From Octopus vulgaris (taxonomy: Eukaryota), in the NCBI GenBank assembly GCA_951406725.2, contig OX597817.1:6138001-6202000 (forward strand): DNA of 64,000 nt, read 5' to 3'. Shown here one piece after another: positions 13,024-26,436 of this stretch. Each line of letters begins with the position of its first letter. The stretch's first letter is position 1. The notes beneath the pieces are model-generated. The model was not told the origin of the DNA. It made no database searches and saw only the letters and a list, made by a program, of their open reading frames with translations. Position numbers and translations under genes: made by a program.

Positions 13024-15413
13024 TTGTTCAACATCTTCCCGGTTCAGCCAGACCCTTCTTGACGTGGCTGAAGATTGTTTTCTATCGCAACATGTTGAAT
13101 ATCCGACAAGGCATCGGTCTGGGCAGCAGCCATCTATGCTGGATCTGGTATTCTCCTGCTATCCAAGATCAGTGTCAGACATATCTGTGTGCGCCCCTCT
13201 TGCCAAGAGTGATCATGAGGTCCTGAAGTTCGTCATGCACACAACTTTTTCTACGCCCACGACTACTTCGCTGCCACGTAGAGTCTTCTCTGCAATTAAT
13301 CTTGAAATTCTAACCGAGGCTCCCGCACTTCTGGACTGGCGATCCCTGATGACGTTGTCCTCAGTTGACGAACTATGGTCATCCCTCAAAGCATATGTAA
13401 TCTGGTTGACTGACCAGGCAGTTCCCGCTGGGCTTCCCAAGAAGAAGAAACACAAGCCCTGGGTGGCGAAGAAGGTTAAACGAGAACGTCGACTCAGAGA
13501 TATTGCTTGGGCTGAATTAAAAAATCTGGATTCGACTGCAGCTTTTGAGGTGTACAAAACTCAACGAGACCGAGCCGTGAAAATTGAAAAGGAAGAACGC
13601 TTCAGTTATGAATACAAAATCGCGGCAAATGCCAGTAGCAATCCAAAAACCTTCTTTGCCCATGTCCAACGGAATTCCCGCTTGAACAACCAGATTGCAA
13701 CGTTGGTAGACTCAACAGGCGTATCGATTGAGAACCCTTATCAACAGAGTCAATTATTTGCCGAGGCTTTTTGAACTATTTTCAAACAAGATGATGGTCG
13801 TGAACCCCCTCCATTTGATAGATCGGTACCTCCAATGCCTAGATTGGTCATCACGCGGGACGAAGTCAAACGTGTTATTCAAGGCCTCGATGTCAACAAG
13901 GGTCACGGCCCTGACGGCATACACCCACGGGTTATCAAAGCGTTGGCTCCGGTCATCTGCGAGCCCTTAACACGTCTATTCAATATGTCATTGGCGACGG
14001 GTGTTATACCTGCGGACTGGAGAACAGCGATAATCTGCCCAATTTTCAAGAAAGGGAGCCGCGAAGACCCGCTTAACTACCGACCGGTTTCCCTTACATC
14101 AATAATCAACAAGATGTTCGAAACCATCCTTAAGAAAAGTATGATGCTCCACCTCCAAAACGCAGCCTCTATCTCTGATTCCCAACACGGCTTCGTGCCG
14201 AAGAGATCATGCTTGACCAACTTACTGGTAATGGAAGAATTGGTGACGCGCATCCTCGATGATAGTGATGCTGTTGACATCGTTTTATTGGACTTTGCCA
14301 AAGCTTTTGACTCGGTAAACCACCACCTATTACTTGTCAAGCTTCAAGCATATAGTTTCCATCCGGATATTGTACGATGGGTTGGTGCCTTCCTCTCAGA
14401 TCGCTCCTTCCAAGTCCAAGTTAATGGTTTGCGGTCCGACGTCTCCAGTGCGAGCAGTGGCGTGCCTCAAGGTTCAGTGCTTGGGCCCTTATTGTCCTTA
14501 GTCTTCATAAATGACTTGCCCGACGACCTCACGCAACACACCCTTCTATTTGCCGACGATATCAAACTGGTCGCTCCTCGCGGTGATATAGAGGATCTTC
14601 GTCGATGCCTCCACCAAATTTGGAAGTGGTCTAACGAATGGGACCTGTGTCTGAACGTGTCAAAGTGCTGTCATCTGCCTGTTGGCTCTCCTCCTGCAAC
14701 TCAACTTGATTTCGAGCCGGGTCGTCTGCTGCTGGAGAGGACCGATCAGGTAAAGGACCTGGGTATCTTGGTGGATTCCTCCTTTTCGCCTTCGGCCCAG
14801 TGCGTCCATGCTGCCAACAAAGCACGCTGAATTCTGTTCTTGATTCGACGGTCATTCGGAATGCTCACAGCAGCCATATTCCTACCACTCTATGTCACGC
14901 TGGTGAGACCCATATTGGAGTACGGGATTCAAGCCTCTTCTCCTTATCTCCTCAAAGACATACAGCATCTCGAAAGAGTCCAGAAGCTGGCTACCCGCAT
15001 GGTTCGTGGTCTCAAAAATTTGTCCTATGAAGAAAGGCTGAGGACGCTCGACCTTTATTCTCTTGAAAAACGCCGCCGCCGTGGTGATCTCATTCTCGCC
15101 CACAACATCATAAGCGGAAAGTGTAACCTCTCGAAAGAGCTGTTCTTCACTCCTGCTCCAGAGCGTCGGCTGCGGGGCCATTCCGAAAAGCTCTACCTGC
15201 GACGATTTTATCTCAATCGAAGGAGAGGAGCTTTCTCCGTCCGGGTTGCGGATCCGTGGAACAAGCTGCCAGACGAGATGGTAAAGATGCCGACGACCGC
15301 TTTGTTCAAAGCCTCCCTTGACCTCAAGTTGCCTGAACTCTTTACATGAACACCACCCTGTACTTAACTCCATGTCCCCCTACATGGCCTTGCTATTTGC
15401 TTTTGAGCCAAAT

Positions 15414-15452
<39 letters not shown>
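13024..15452 (+). mobile_element. Young 5'-truncated CR1-clade LINE (end of APE, RT, 3' UTR, (CTAA)n tail)
   Basis: ORFs 13064-13774, 13835-14830 and 14840-15349 share one frame, split by two TGA codons. Motifs: NYRPVSLTS, QHGF, LDFAKAFDSV, GVPQGSVLGP, FADD, RRRRGDL. Tail (ctaa)n at about 15411-15452. Candidate TSD cataaat at 13017-13023 and 15453-15459. Confidence 0.93.
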
Positions 15453-15453
<1 letters not shown>

Positions 15454-15599
15454 ATAAATCCTCTGAGATCAGCTCTTGCTGTTTGGTTTGCGTTACCTCT
15501 CTTAACGGTGGGGCCTGCTTTTATCAGGATATGTCTATTTCAGTGCGTGTGTGCATATCGGTGGTAGCATTTATTCGCAAGAACTTGAAGGTACTTGTC

Positions 15600-16440
15600 T
15601 GAAAGGAAAACAGTGGTATAGAGCAAATTACTTGCTGAACTGATTTCTACAGGATTTTCGAACTCCTGATATCGGACGGTTTTCCACACTGAGCTTTATC
15701 TACGAGCTCCTGATGGTATCTTCAAGTATGTGACAGAGATAACAGACAGAAAATCTGTTTCTAAGGCATATCTCTTTTAAAATCAGTTGGTTGCTTCGAA
15801 ACGATACAGGCCTACCTGCTTTTGCAGAATGAAAATACTTGCCCCATTATCTAGCAGTTTCATTAGCTTAACGAGCTTTGTAGTTGCACTAATTTTCGCT
15901 GCCTAGCATGGTTTACAGCGTCCAAGGCCTTCTTCAACTCGACGTAAAAATTCTGTGATGCATTCTCTTCTTAATATTTCTGTGTCTGAAGTTCGTATTA
16001 TCGTTATATCATTCATATGACGTTTGGATTGTAATTCAGGTAGAATTTTATGGTTACTATCGGTGATTAAGAGCAGCCTGGAATTTATGATTCACGCCAA
16101 AAATCGTACGGCTTGCGGATAAGAATATTATATGGTTTTCGTTGTCCTCGTCTACATACGGTATCCGATCGAATGCCTCGTGGAATATCCAATTTTGCAG
16201 CTAATGGTAGCTCTTGTCTAAGCTCGACACCTTCATGCTGATTAGATAATTTTTTCTCAGCAGAATTTCGCCCTACTGGATAAATGCCTACTATACCAAT
16301 ATAGCATTGCAAACACCTACCAAACTACATCGTCTCAAAAATATGGATTTCTCTTTAACGGAGCCGGAATATCATCAATAATCTAGAAGGAAATAAATCT
16401 GGAGTAGAAAAAAGTTCAATATAGAGTACTTCCAATCCAT
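15600..16440 (-). mobile_element. Old RTE-like LINE RT relic
   Basis: Minus-strand fragments ILPELQ..., FYVELKKALDAVNH (cf. F.DL.KAFD.V) and KLVKLMKLLDNG. Heavily degraded. Confidence 0.35.
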
Positions 16441-16851
16441 TGAGTTCATGCATGTTGTTCTAGTTATGTAGCCACACGCGGTCATCCCCGGCTGAATTAT
16501 GATCAAAGCAATTCAATAGAGCCCAACAGAGGAGAAGATAAATTCATGACATTGGTGACTCCAATTCCATAATTGGATTACTTAGAAACGATGCAAGGTT
16601 ATTCATAAAATAGCTCCGTGAAAACGCATCGGCAATGGTTTTAGTTTAAGTAACAACCCACGATTTAAGAATTGTATCCTGACAGAACCACTGTTATAAA
16701 AAATTTACACCAAATATTTTATTCATCAATCGTCAATTCAGCATCAAATGCATCATGCTAATCTATGCAAAGAGAGATACTGAAAGTGGCTCGGATCATA
16801 TAATGCATGGGAGTGACAAAACCTACCACATATCAATAGGGGTAAAATAAT

Positions 16852-17430
16852 CCTTTCTACTATAGAAAGAAGACCTGCAATTTAGGGAAGAGGCCAGTCG
16901 ATTAGATCGACCCCAGTACTCAAAAGGTACTTAATTTATCGACCCCGAAAGGATGAAAGGCAAAGTCGAGCTCGGCGGAATTTGAACTCAGAACGTAGCG
17001 GCATATGAAATACCTATTTCTTTACTACCCACAAGGGGCTAAACACAGAGGGGACAAAGAAGGATAGACAAACGGATTAAGTCGATTATATCGACCCCGG
17101 TGCGTAACTGGTACTTAATTTATCGACCTCGAAAGGATGAAAGGCAAAGTCGACCTCGGCGGAATTTGAACTCAGAACGTAGCGGCAGATGAAATACCTA
17201 TTTCTTTACTACCCACAAGGGGCTAAACACAGAGAGGACAAGCAAGGACAGACAAATGGATTAAGTCGATTATATCGATCCCAGTGCGTAACTGGTACTT
17301 AATTTATCGACCCCGAAAGGATGAAAGGCAAGGTCGACCTCGGCGGAATTTGAACTCACAACGTAACGGCAGACGAAATACCGCTAAGCATTTCGCCCGG
17401 CGTGCTAATGACTTTACCAGCTCACCACCT
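16852..17430 (-). mobile_element. SINE family B trimer (about 180-bp units) with 14-bp TSD
   Basis: Three tandem units. TSD aggggtaaaataat at 16838-16851 and 17436-17449. Confidence 0.88.
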
Positions 17431-18195
17431 TCAAAAGGGGTAAAATAATGCACTTTCGAAGAACGCTTTGACACCGAGAAAATTGTGGGGGTGGGCCATG
17501 ACTTTGTTATCGAACCTAAAGAGACTCGGAGATGAATTAGAGCGTAATATATCCCCAACAGAGAAACGGAAACACTCAGATCGAAATAAAAAAAAAGAAC
17601 AATGCTGATTTCTGAAATCGGCGGAGGGATTCGCTCTCACATTATTGAAATATCTACAACGTATTATGATTCAATCAAAAACAAAGCAGGACTCTTACTA
17701 AGTACTGGAAACTTACAGGGAAAATACGAAGTTCGAAAGCTGGCAAGAAAAACGGATTGATGATCGAAGACTAATGCCAATCCTCTACACCTCTTTGTCG
17801 ATAAGGCACTACTACAAAGTTGGGGAAGAAAGTATAAGTTTACACGTCACATGCAGCAGAGCGAATACATCTTAATCCCGTTAAAAAGTGACCACATGGG
17901 GATAATCTGTATTTTATGTCTGAGCATCCTATTACGAAATGGCAAACACTGACAACAGAGTCATCGTTCATATGAAAACAAATTGCGAATGCATTATAAC
18001 TGCGTAAAATTGAAGCGAAATCACAAAGAGCATCATTTCCAACAAGAATATGCTTCTTGACAATTATCCTTCTGACCAGATTAGAAATGGCCGTTCTGAG
18101 CACATCAGAATATTAACAGCACATGTTGATATAGTAGGTAAGAAGAAATGACATATAGTTTGAAGGACTGAGAAATCAACCTTGTAAATGAAGGA

Positions 18196-18257
<62 letters not shown>

Positions 18258-18571
18258 ACACACATATATATATATATATTAGTTGTTTGTCGACCACAGT
18301 ACTTAGTTACTAACTATAATATTCATATGCAGTGGAGAAACTAATGTAAATATCAGTTTGAATGTTTAATTCTTACATACCTTTCATCATTGCAGTGGTG
18401 CTTGTCGTAATTTCTCCCTATATATGTGTTTATATGCATGTGTATGTATAATCTTTCACACATTCATATACATATATATATGCATATCAAAAAACCAAGA
18501 AGAGAAGGCGGGCAACTTCTAACAATTCAAGAAGAAAAATTGTAAAACATCTCTCTCTCTCTCTCTCTCTT

Positions 18572-18625
<54 letters not shown>

Positions 18626-19061
18626 AACGCAAGGAACGATAATTAAAATAATAGATTTAAGAAATGTAAAATTATGTAGATCCTGCGATTTAGATGCGGT
18701 TATATATACATAATGGTCCATTAATGTTTAACGGCGTAAAAATCATGGGTTCTGTGACGTCATCTAATGTACTTTTGAGAGGAGAAATAAAAGTGTTGAT
18801 CAAGGTTATTCAAAACTGAGTGGATAAATAACAAGTTTCAGTAAGCTGAATACGAAATTAGAAATAACTGTGAGTTTTTAATCAGGCAAAGGGTATTCAA
18901 TTTGCTTACAAAAATGTGGATATTTATTTACACATGCACTAGACTGTCAAGAATGTCGCCGTAAACCTTATTGCTTAGCCAACATATTTCGAATATACAT
19001 ATGTGTGTGTGTATAAATGTGTATACATACATATATGTGTGTGTGTGTATAAATATATGTA

Positions 19062-19101
<40 letters not shown>

Positions 19102-19266
19102 TATATGTGTATATAGATGTATATATACATATATAGATATATGCATATATATACAAATATATATTACATATATATATATACATATATATACATGTGTATA
19201 TATGAATATTACGGAGATGTACTTCCATAGTAAGTGACATGATCTCAGATCATGTGTTGAAACAAA

Positions 19267-19555
19267 TACAATTACAGCGTGGATGGTGTTTATGAGCCAT
19301 TTAAAAACACAAAAAACCCCGTTAGATTTACTTTAACTTTTAAATTTAATTTGCTAAAATATTTTCGTTGCTTTGGGACCGCGACCTTCTCACTGACAAA
19401 ATTCCATGCGGCACGAGCACGGAAGTTTGTCAGAGAACAGGTCGCGGTTTCAAAGCGACGAAAATATTTTGACAAATTAAATTCAAATGTTGTAGTGAAT
19501 GTAACGGTTGTTCGTGTGTTTCTAGATGGCTTATTAACACCTTTCACGCTGCAAT

Positions 19556-19559
<4 letters not shown>
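19267..19559. mobile_element. About 290-bp imperfect palindrome (foldback element) with HHR-shaped motifs in both arms
   Basis: tacaattacagcgt...acgctgcaattgta. The arms are reverse-complementary throughout, with the centre near 19412. Confidence 0.8.
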
Positions 19560-19617
<58 letters not shown>

Positions 19618-19630
19618 CACACACACACAA

Positions 19631-19775
19631 ATTATTTACATTTGACGGATATTTGTCTTCATCTTGATAGTTGTTAACACAACGTTTCGGCTAGCTGATA
19701 TACCCGGCAGACTTCATCAGGTGTCTTGAGGAATATCGAAGCTGGTTTCTCATTCCTAAGGTATATTTTTATGTA

Positions 19776-19868
<93 letters not shown>

Positions 19869-19980
19869 GTTATTATTATTATTCATGTCACAACCTGGAA
19901 TCGATCTCAGAATCTTGGGGTTAGTAGCCCACGCTCTTAACCACTACGTCATGGACAAATATCCGTCAAATATAAATAAT
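19631..19980 (-). mobile_element. tRNA-headed SINE-like element with internal (AAT)n, a 3' hammerhead motif and an inverted terminal duplication
   Basis: Minus strand: A-box-like TGACGTAGTGG and B-box-like GAGATCGATTCC (19891-19952), then (AAT)n at 19777-19883, then the HHR at 19676-19725. 19954-19980 is the reverse complement of 19631-19657. Confidence 0.7.
19676..19725 (-). ncRNA. Minimal type I hammerhead ribozyme motif (stem II degraded)
   Basis: gacac CTGATGA ag.ctg-loop-cag.. GAAA CG TT gtgtt. Stem I is gacac/gtgtt and stem III is the palindrome aacgtt. Confidence 0.6.
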
Positions 19981-20029
19981 GTAAATAACGTACATAATTT
20001 CTCATCTCTTAAATATAGAACTGTAATAT

Positions 20030-21000
20030 ATATATAACCCTTTCTCCTTCCCTTCTGGTAACCTCTAAACTTCACTTCACTATTGATATCAAGAGTCTAT
20101 ATACAGCGATCCAACACAACGAAGGACTTCTTACCCTCAAACACTTCCTAGACTTCCGACCTAACCCCTAACCTGACTCATCGACACATCGTCTACTGGC
20201 CGCAATTGTTCTCTCCCTCAACTGCTCCTCGTTCGCATGGGAATGTTACTAACAGTCTCGGGAGTGGCCATGGGAACGAGAATGGGCCCCAACCCTGCTA
20301 AACTAATATATTAGCTACGTTTGACCCCAAATATTTTCACGATTCACTCGTCACAGTGCCGAACTATAAGGTTATTGTATCGATGAGTGTATCGTTGCGA
20401 CCTCGCTCCCCCGCGTACAACTAGACTCCTTCCTCTCCTTTGTACAATTCTTCCATCATGCCCTTGAACCCACATTTCCAACACTTCCATCTACTAGAAA
20501 CACACCGACTCACACATATATCTCAACTACTTCTCCTCCCACCCCACCTGCACCAAGCTCTCCATCCCCTACTCTCAATTCCTCCATTTGCGCAGGCTCT
20601 GCAGTGACAACCATGACTGTGAGACTCAGTCTCAAATCGTAACTCGTCACTTCATCCTTCGTGAATATCTCCTCACCACTATCCAAACCGCCCTTGCCAG
20701 AGCATGTTCCGTGGACCGTGCATATGCTCTCTCTCTCTCTCTCTCACCGCACTCGCCCCGCCGTTACCCGTCTCTCGTTTCCCCTCACCTACCACTTCTT
20801 TACCCTTCCCCTCCAACACACTATTCTCCAAGCCTTCCGGCGACTCCATTCCGACCCCTCCACTTCGCACATCTTCTCCAACTTACCCCTTCACTCCTTG
20901 AAACGAACCCTCACCTTACGTGACCTGATCCATAGTTTCTTCCCTAAATCCACCTCCAAACATGGCTAGTTCTCCTGCTCCTACCCAGGCTGGATGTGAC
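20030..21000 (+). mobile_element. Degenerate Penelope-like element RT fragment
   Basis: Encodes GVAMGTRMGP, IDECI (cf. YIDD) and SIPYSQFL.LRRLCS. Paralogous to 38050-39300. Confidence 0.75.
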
Positions 21001-22884
21001 TTGCCCAGCATAAAAGAAATGCTTAAACCTGTATTTTTCATTGTGATTTGCTGCTTGTGGGGCAAGAAAATTTGTCAGAAAGTTATCCTGTCACGCTACC
21101 CATTCAATTCATCTCTGGAAACTTTGACCATTGATTTTCTTTCAAATATACGCTTCTTATACCAATAAGCAAATATTAGATGTTTCGCATGTGAGAATCA
21201 CTGTTGATAATATCTTTCAGGAAGTCTTTTACACATTGCTTCACGTAAAGCTCATTTAGCCCAAACGCAACATTTATAAAGATACGCACACACACAAACA
21301 CATACACACACATACGTACATTCATAATACAACACACACATATATACATACACATAGACACACACACGCGTTACACACGTCCCCATGTGAATCAGTGTTT
21401 ACAAGTTAATAAGTATTGTTACTGATATGTCATTCCGTGTTTCGTTTGGTATGTTCACATGAATCTGTGAGCGTGCATGTACGTAATATTTGCATGTGTG
21501 TGTGTGTCTGTGTGTGTGTGTGTCTGTGTGTGTGTACTGAATTAGAAAGTTGCCAAAAATACTGTCGGATATTGAAGTTACCATTCTCCTTCACATACAC
21601 GCATTCTTTTCCCCCATAATTTACACATTTATGTACGCATGGAATAAACAAGTAAAAGGCACCAACAGTCTTTGGCTTACTTCCCAAACCATCATACCAA
21701 AATTGACGCGGTCATTTTAATTTACAACACGAAATCAGTCGTAATTTTATCACCGGTCAACTGGGGTGTTTTCGTCTAAATACAAATATTTCACAGCATG
21801 AATCAGTATTATTCTTGCCACTTCCAATTCCCCCCACGCTACTTGTTACAAAGACATATGCACTTTATGTAAACTATAGCGAAATTTCGCATATAAGGAT
21901 CAAATAAGAGAATCAAGCATCTTTATTAGTGTGATAACTTCAATAATATTATTTCATTGTTTTTATATTAACTGAGAATTCCATGGAAAGGTTTACCTTC
22001 TAAAAATATATCAATTTATTCAACCAACACAGATCATGTGTATATCATCTTGCTATAAAGCTTTCAATCTTAAAAGGCATTACTCCACAAAATTTATATG
22101 GTGTGAAGCCCACGTATTCCTCATATATTTAAAGTGGAGTATTGTGGATTCAAACAAGCACTGTAGATGACTTCTATACTCGTGTGAGTTTTGATACCCA
22201 AAATATTAAGCGGCAGTTCTAAATATTGAGCAATATTTTATCCGCCGCAATAATATTTCTATCTTTCCACTTTCTAAATTTAGTATTTCTTGAAACAGTG
22301 TTGGAATTGGCGTCATTCACCAACATCTTGATAATCCACTCCCAAAACCGCTCGTTGTATAAACATAATCAAGCAATGCAGGTTGCTAGTTAGCCTGTAT
22401 ATGTTGGGTTATGCTAATAAATGAAGACAAAAGAAAGGTATTCTATTACCTTAGATAAGTTGCTTAAGACCCCTATTATATTTTAGTATTCCTTTTTAAG
22501 ATATAAGTGAAAGACAATCCTAAAGTGCAGAAAGTATTATTATCCATAGAACATCATATTGTGCTGTGACGGAATGATTTGATGGAGTTTTGCAGTTATA
22601 TGTGTAGATGCTAAGGGTAAGTAATACCAGTAGCAGTATGTGGTGTGGTATAATATAAGCAGCAGTAGTGGGTGTTCTGGTCAGAAATATAGGTGTTGAT
22701 GTGCGAAGTAGTGGGAAAGGTCATTGGAAAATAGTTCAACTTCAAATTAAGATATTTAGTGATTTGATTTGTTTAAAAGTAAATACATTAAATAAATAAA
22801 TCAACAAGTTTTATTGAGTTGTCAGTTATGGTAAAAATGTGTTACGGTAATGTGAATGTGTGTGATGAATATCAGATAGAGGTG

Positions 22885-23473
22885 AAAGGCAGCGAGCTGG
22901 CAGAAACGTGAGCACGCCGGGCGAAATGCTTTGCAGTATTTCGTCTGCCTCTACGTTCTGAGTTCAAATCGCGCCGAGGTCAACTTTGCCTTTCATCCTT
23001 CCGGGGTCGATTAAATAAGTACCAGTTACACACTAGATGTCGATATAATCGACTTAATCCGTTTGTCTATCCTTCTTTGTCCCCTCTGTGTTTAACCCCT
23101 TGTGGGTAGTAAAGAAATAGATATTTCGTCTGCCGTTACGTTGTGAGTTCAAATTCATCCGAGGTCGACTTTGCCTTTCATCCTTTCGGGGTCAATAAAT
23201 TAAGTACCAGTTACGCACTGCGGTCGATATAATCGACTTAATCCGTTTGTCTGTCCTTGCTTGTCCTCTCTGTGTTTAGCCCCTTGTGGGTAGTAAAGAA
23301 ATAGGTATTTCGTCTGCCGCTACGTTCTGAGTTGAAATTCCGCCGAGGTCAACTTTGCCTTTCATCCTTTCGGGGTCGATAAATTAAGTACCTTTTGAGT
23401 ACTGGGGTCGATCTAATCGACTAGCCCCTCCCCCAAAATTTCAGGACTTGTACCTAGTATAGAAAAGAATATA
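22885..23473 (+). mobile_element. SINE family B trimer with TSD
   Basis: Three tandem units. TSD agatagaggtg at 22874-22884 and 23474-23484. Confidence 0.88.
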
Positions 23474-24649
23474 AGATAGAGGTGTGTAAATGTGAGAAGA
23501 GTAGTAAGTGCAGGTGTATGAAGGGGTATCAGAAATATTCACCGGATAATACCTGAGATTGAAGTGTGGTTAGTTGGTTATGAGAATGAGAATGTTTAGA
23601 AGCATTGAATTCTACTAAGCGCGTACTTATGATAAGCTATATTGTAGTGATTTCATGAATGTGAATAAAAAATGAGTAGAAAGATGAGAAAATGTAAGTA
23701 GGCGAAACGTAGGTGAGAGGATTAGAAAAAAAAACACGTTGGGCTATTCAGTTTGGCTCTGTTGATATTTACTGGTTTATGCTGTGCCTGAAGATACTAA
23801 TATTCGGATTAGTATTTAAAATGGACATTCTTATTCCATGGTTATATCAGTTGGTTTTCTTTCCGATACACGCCCACACCGACATCGCGTTCTTCTTTCC
23901 TTTCATTGTGTCTCGCCAAACTAATTTTCATTTACCTCATCCTCACAATACTTCGGACACTACTTCCAAATTCTCTAAATTTTCACTAATTGTGTAAACT
24001 TCTTGAAATTTGCGAAATGGTTCCATGGACTTTTGACTGACTTACCTTCTCTACAGAACTCAACTATTTTTCTTCTTTATTCTCATCTTCAGTTCTTTTG
24101 CTGATGCCTACATTCCATGTAACAGCGTCTGACATCCATGCATTTGCCAACATGCTATCGTGTCCTCCACATTCCTCTTGCTTTACTTTTTACCCCCGAT
24201 TCGCACCTACTCTCAGCCCCTCTTTTGCACGATTTCGTCTCGCACACAAGCATACAAACTCCAAATATTTTCATTTCCGTATGCTTTTCTATAAACATCC
24301 ATACACTCCTACAAGTTCTCATGCCTACAATCCTAGTCCTTCCATAACGCACACTTATAGATCTATGCTTCATCAGCCGCCTTACTCCACATTTGTTTGT
24401 TGTTTTCTTTTATCCAAATATTCCTTCTCTCTCTCTCTCTCTCTCTCTGTATGTTTTCTCATACTTCTGCTAGGCGACTTACCGTGAAAAAAGTTACAGC
24501 TCTTTTTCTTTCTTTATGAGCATTAAGCTTATACGGTATTCACTAAAACTTGTATTAAATGTGTCTATTAGCATTATTGCTCATTGAATTTCATATGTAT
24601 GTATATATGCATATATGTATGTATGCATGTATACGTGCATGCATGTATG

Positions 24650-24698
<49 letters not shown>

Positions 24699-24932
24699 GC
24701 AGAGAGAGAGAGGAACAGATATACATACACACACATATTTATAGACACACATATATATATGCATATGAATATAAGTATATACATGTTTTCACACACACAC
24801 ACATATACATAGTAATAAAGAATAGAATACATTTTAAAAAATCTTATCAGTGGCCAGCATATAAAAAAAATAGACCGATTACGGTAAAATCATATATATA
24901 TGATTATAATTAACAGCATAGAAAACATTAAA

Positions 24933-25025
<93 letters not shown>

Positions 25026-26436
25026 GTGTGTTTGTGTCTTTGTGTGTGTGTATCTGTGTGTGGGTGTATCAATCTCTCTCTTTCTCTCTCCGTATATATA
25101 TATATATATATGCATATGCACATACACAAGCACATGCAAAAACACAGAGGCATACACACACACATACGCACGCACGCACGCACACACACGCACAGACATA
25201 CACACACACGCATGTTATTTCGTATTAAACGATTGGGTGTGGTAGAAGCAATACGGCGCTAGATAAAGCTTCCACACTATTTACACTATTTAATCCGTGC
25301 TTCTGTGTTCATTTTCTGAAAGTAAACTCTAGAAACGTTAATGTTTGCCTCTCATACTTCCGGACCAGATAAAATAAATATCTAACATTTACCGGGATCG
25401 ATTCAATTGAAGATAAACTTTCTCAACAATCTTGCACCTTTATGTCAATGCAAGTAATCATTATTGTGATTGCTCTAGCGTATCGATTTTGTTATTTGTC
25501 TTTGATTCTCGGTAGAAGCAAGTTTTGCTACAGTCACGTCACTAATGCCTATGGGAAAGTCAAAGATGTTGCAATTTCGGATTCCTCTAAATAAACGTCC
25601 ATACTATACTTGGAATATTTCTGAATCGTTTTAAATATTTGCTTTCATTTATGTGATGTACTCAAAGTTATCATACTGATTTTTGTTACAAGTCAGAAAG
25701 CTAAACGTTGAAAGAGGCATGAAGTATGCATGAGTATGAGGCTTGTATGTTAATGATCTATACAGACAACCTCATCAATGTCGCTCGACTTGTTAAAAAG
25801 CGCGGGTAAATTTCACTCAGTCCATGCTTTATGACCTCAAAAAGAAAAGTGTTAATCAGGTCTGAAGTGCCTTTAATGAACAATCTTTTTGAGCAAAGAC
25901 TTACTATTATAAATAACAAGAGACTATGATGTAAATATCTGATTCAGTGTTCAAACAATCAGACATATTTTAGTAATATTATTTTATTCTTCATTAAATA
26001 ACTCTATATTGTGGATGAAGTATATAAAAATAATCTGCGGCGTATTGACGCCATGTTGTTTTAACAACTAGTCTCTCATTAAAGCAGTTGAACGGTTCAT
26101 CGCCGCTATACCTAAGTTATTTCTTCGTAAAATACGCGTCATATTTGAGGTGCATAAATCTGACTAGTGAAACAAATGAATATCGAAGGGAATTGAAAAT
26201 GGATAAATAAAAATAATTGTCATACCGATACTTATGAATATGTAAACTTGAATTTGGTAGAAAATAAGTGATTGATATGTTGATATAACGAACAGGAAGG
26301 ACAATGAAACATGTTATTGTTTTACTGTCTTATATCTGTAACAAGGCCACAGTTCCTTGCAGCTCCTTTTTGCAGCTCCTTTACATTGTAGTCTTGTATT
26401 TTTGCAACCACTATGCGAATGCGCTTAATCTCATAC

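Noticed and set aside
14077-15373. Long antisense ORFs over LINE coding regions (also 41764-44942)
   Set aside because: They are shadows of GC-richer LINE ORFs with no independent support.
17840-18150. Non-repetitive ORF and a gtaag donor-like site as a possible host exon
   Set aside because: No recognisable protein similarity or consistent exon chain. It cannot be supported without RNA-seq.
16852-23473. Regularly repeated units resembling a CRISPR array
   Set aside because: Units are about 180-bp whole-unit tandem SINE copies without unique spacers, in eukaryotic DNA with no cas genes.
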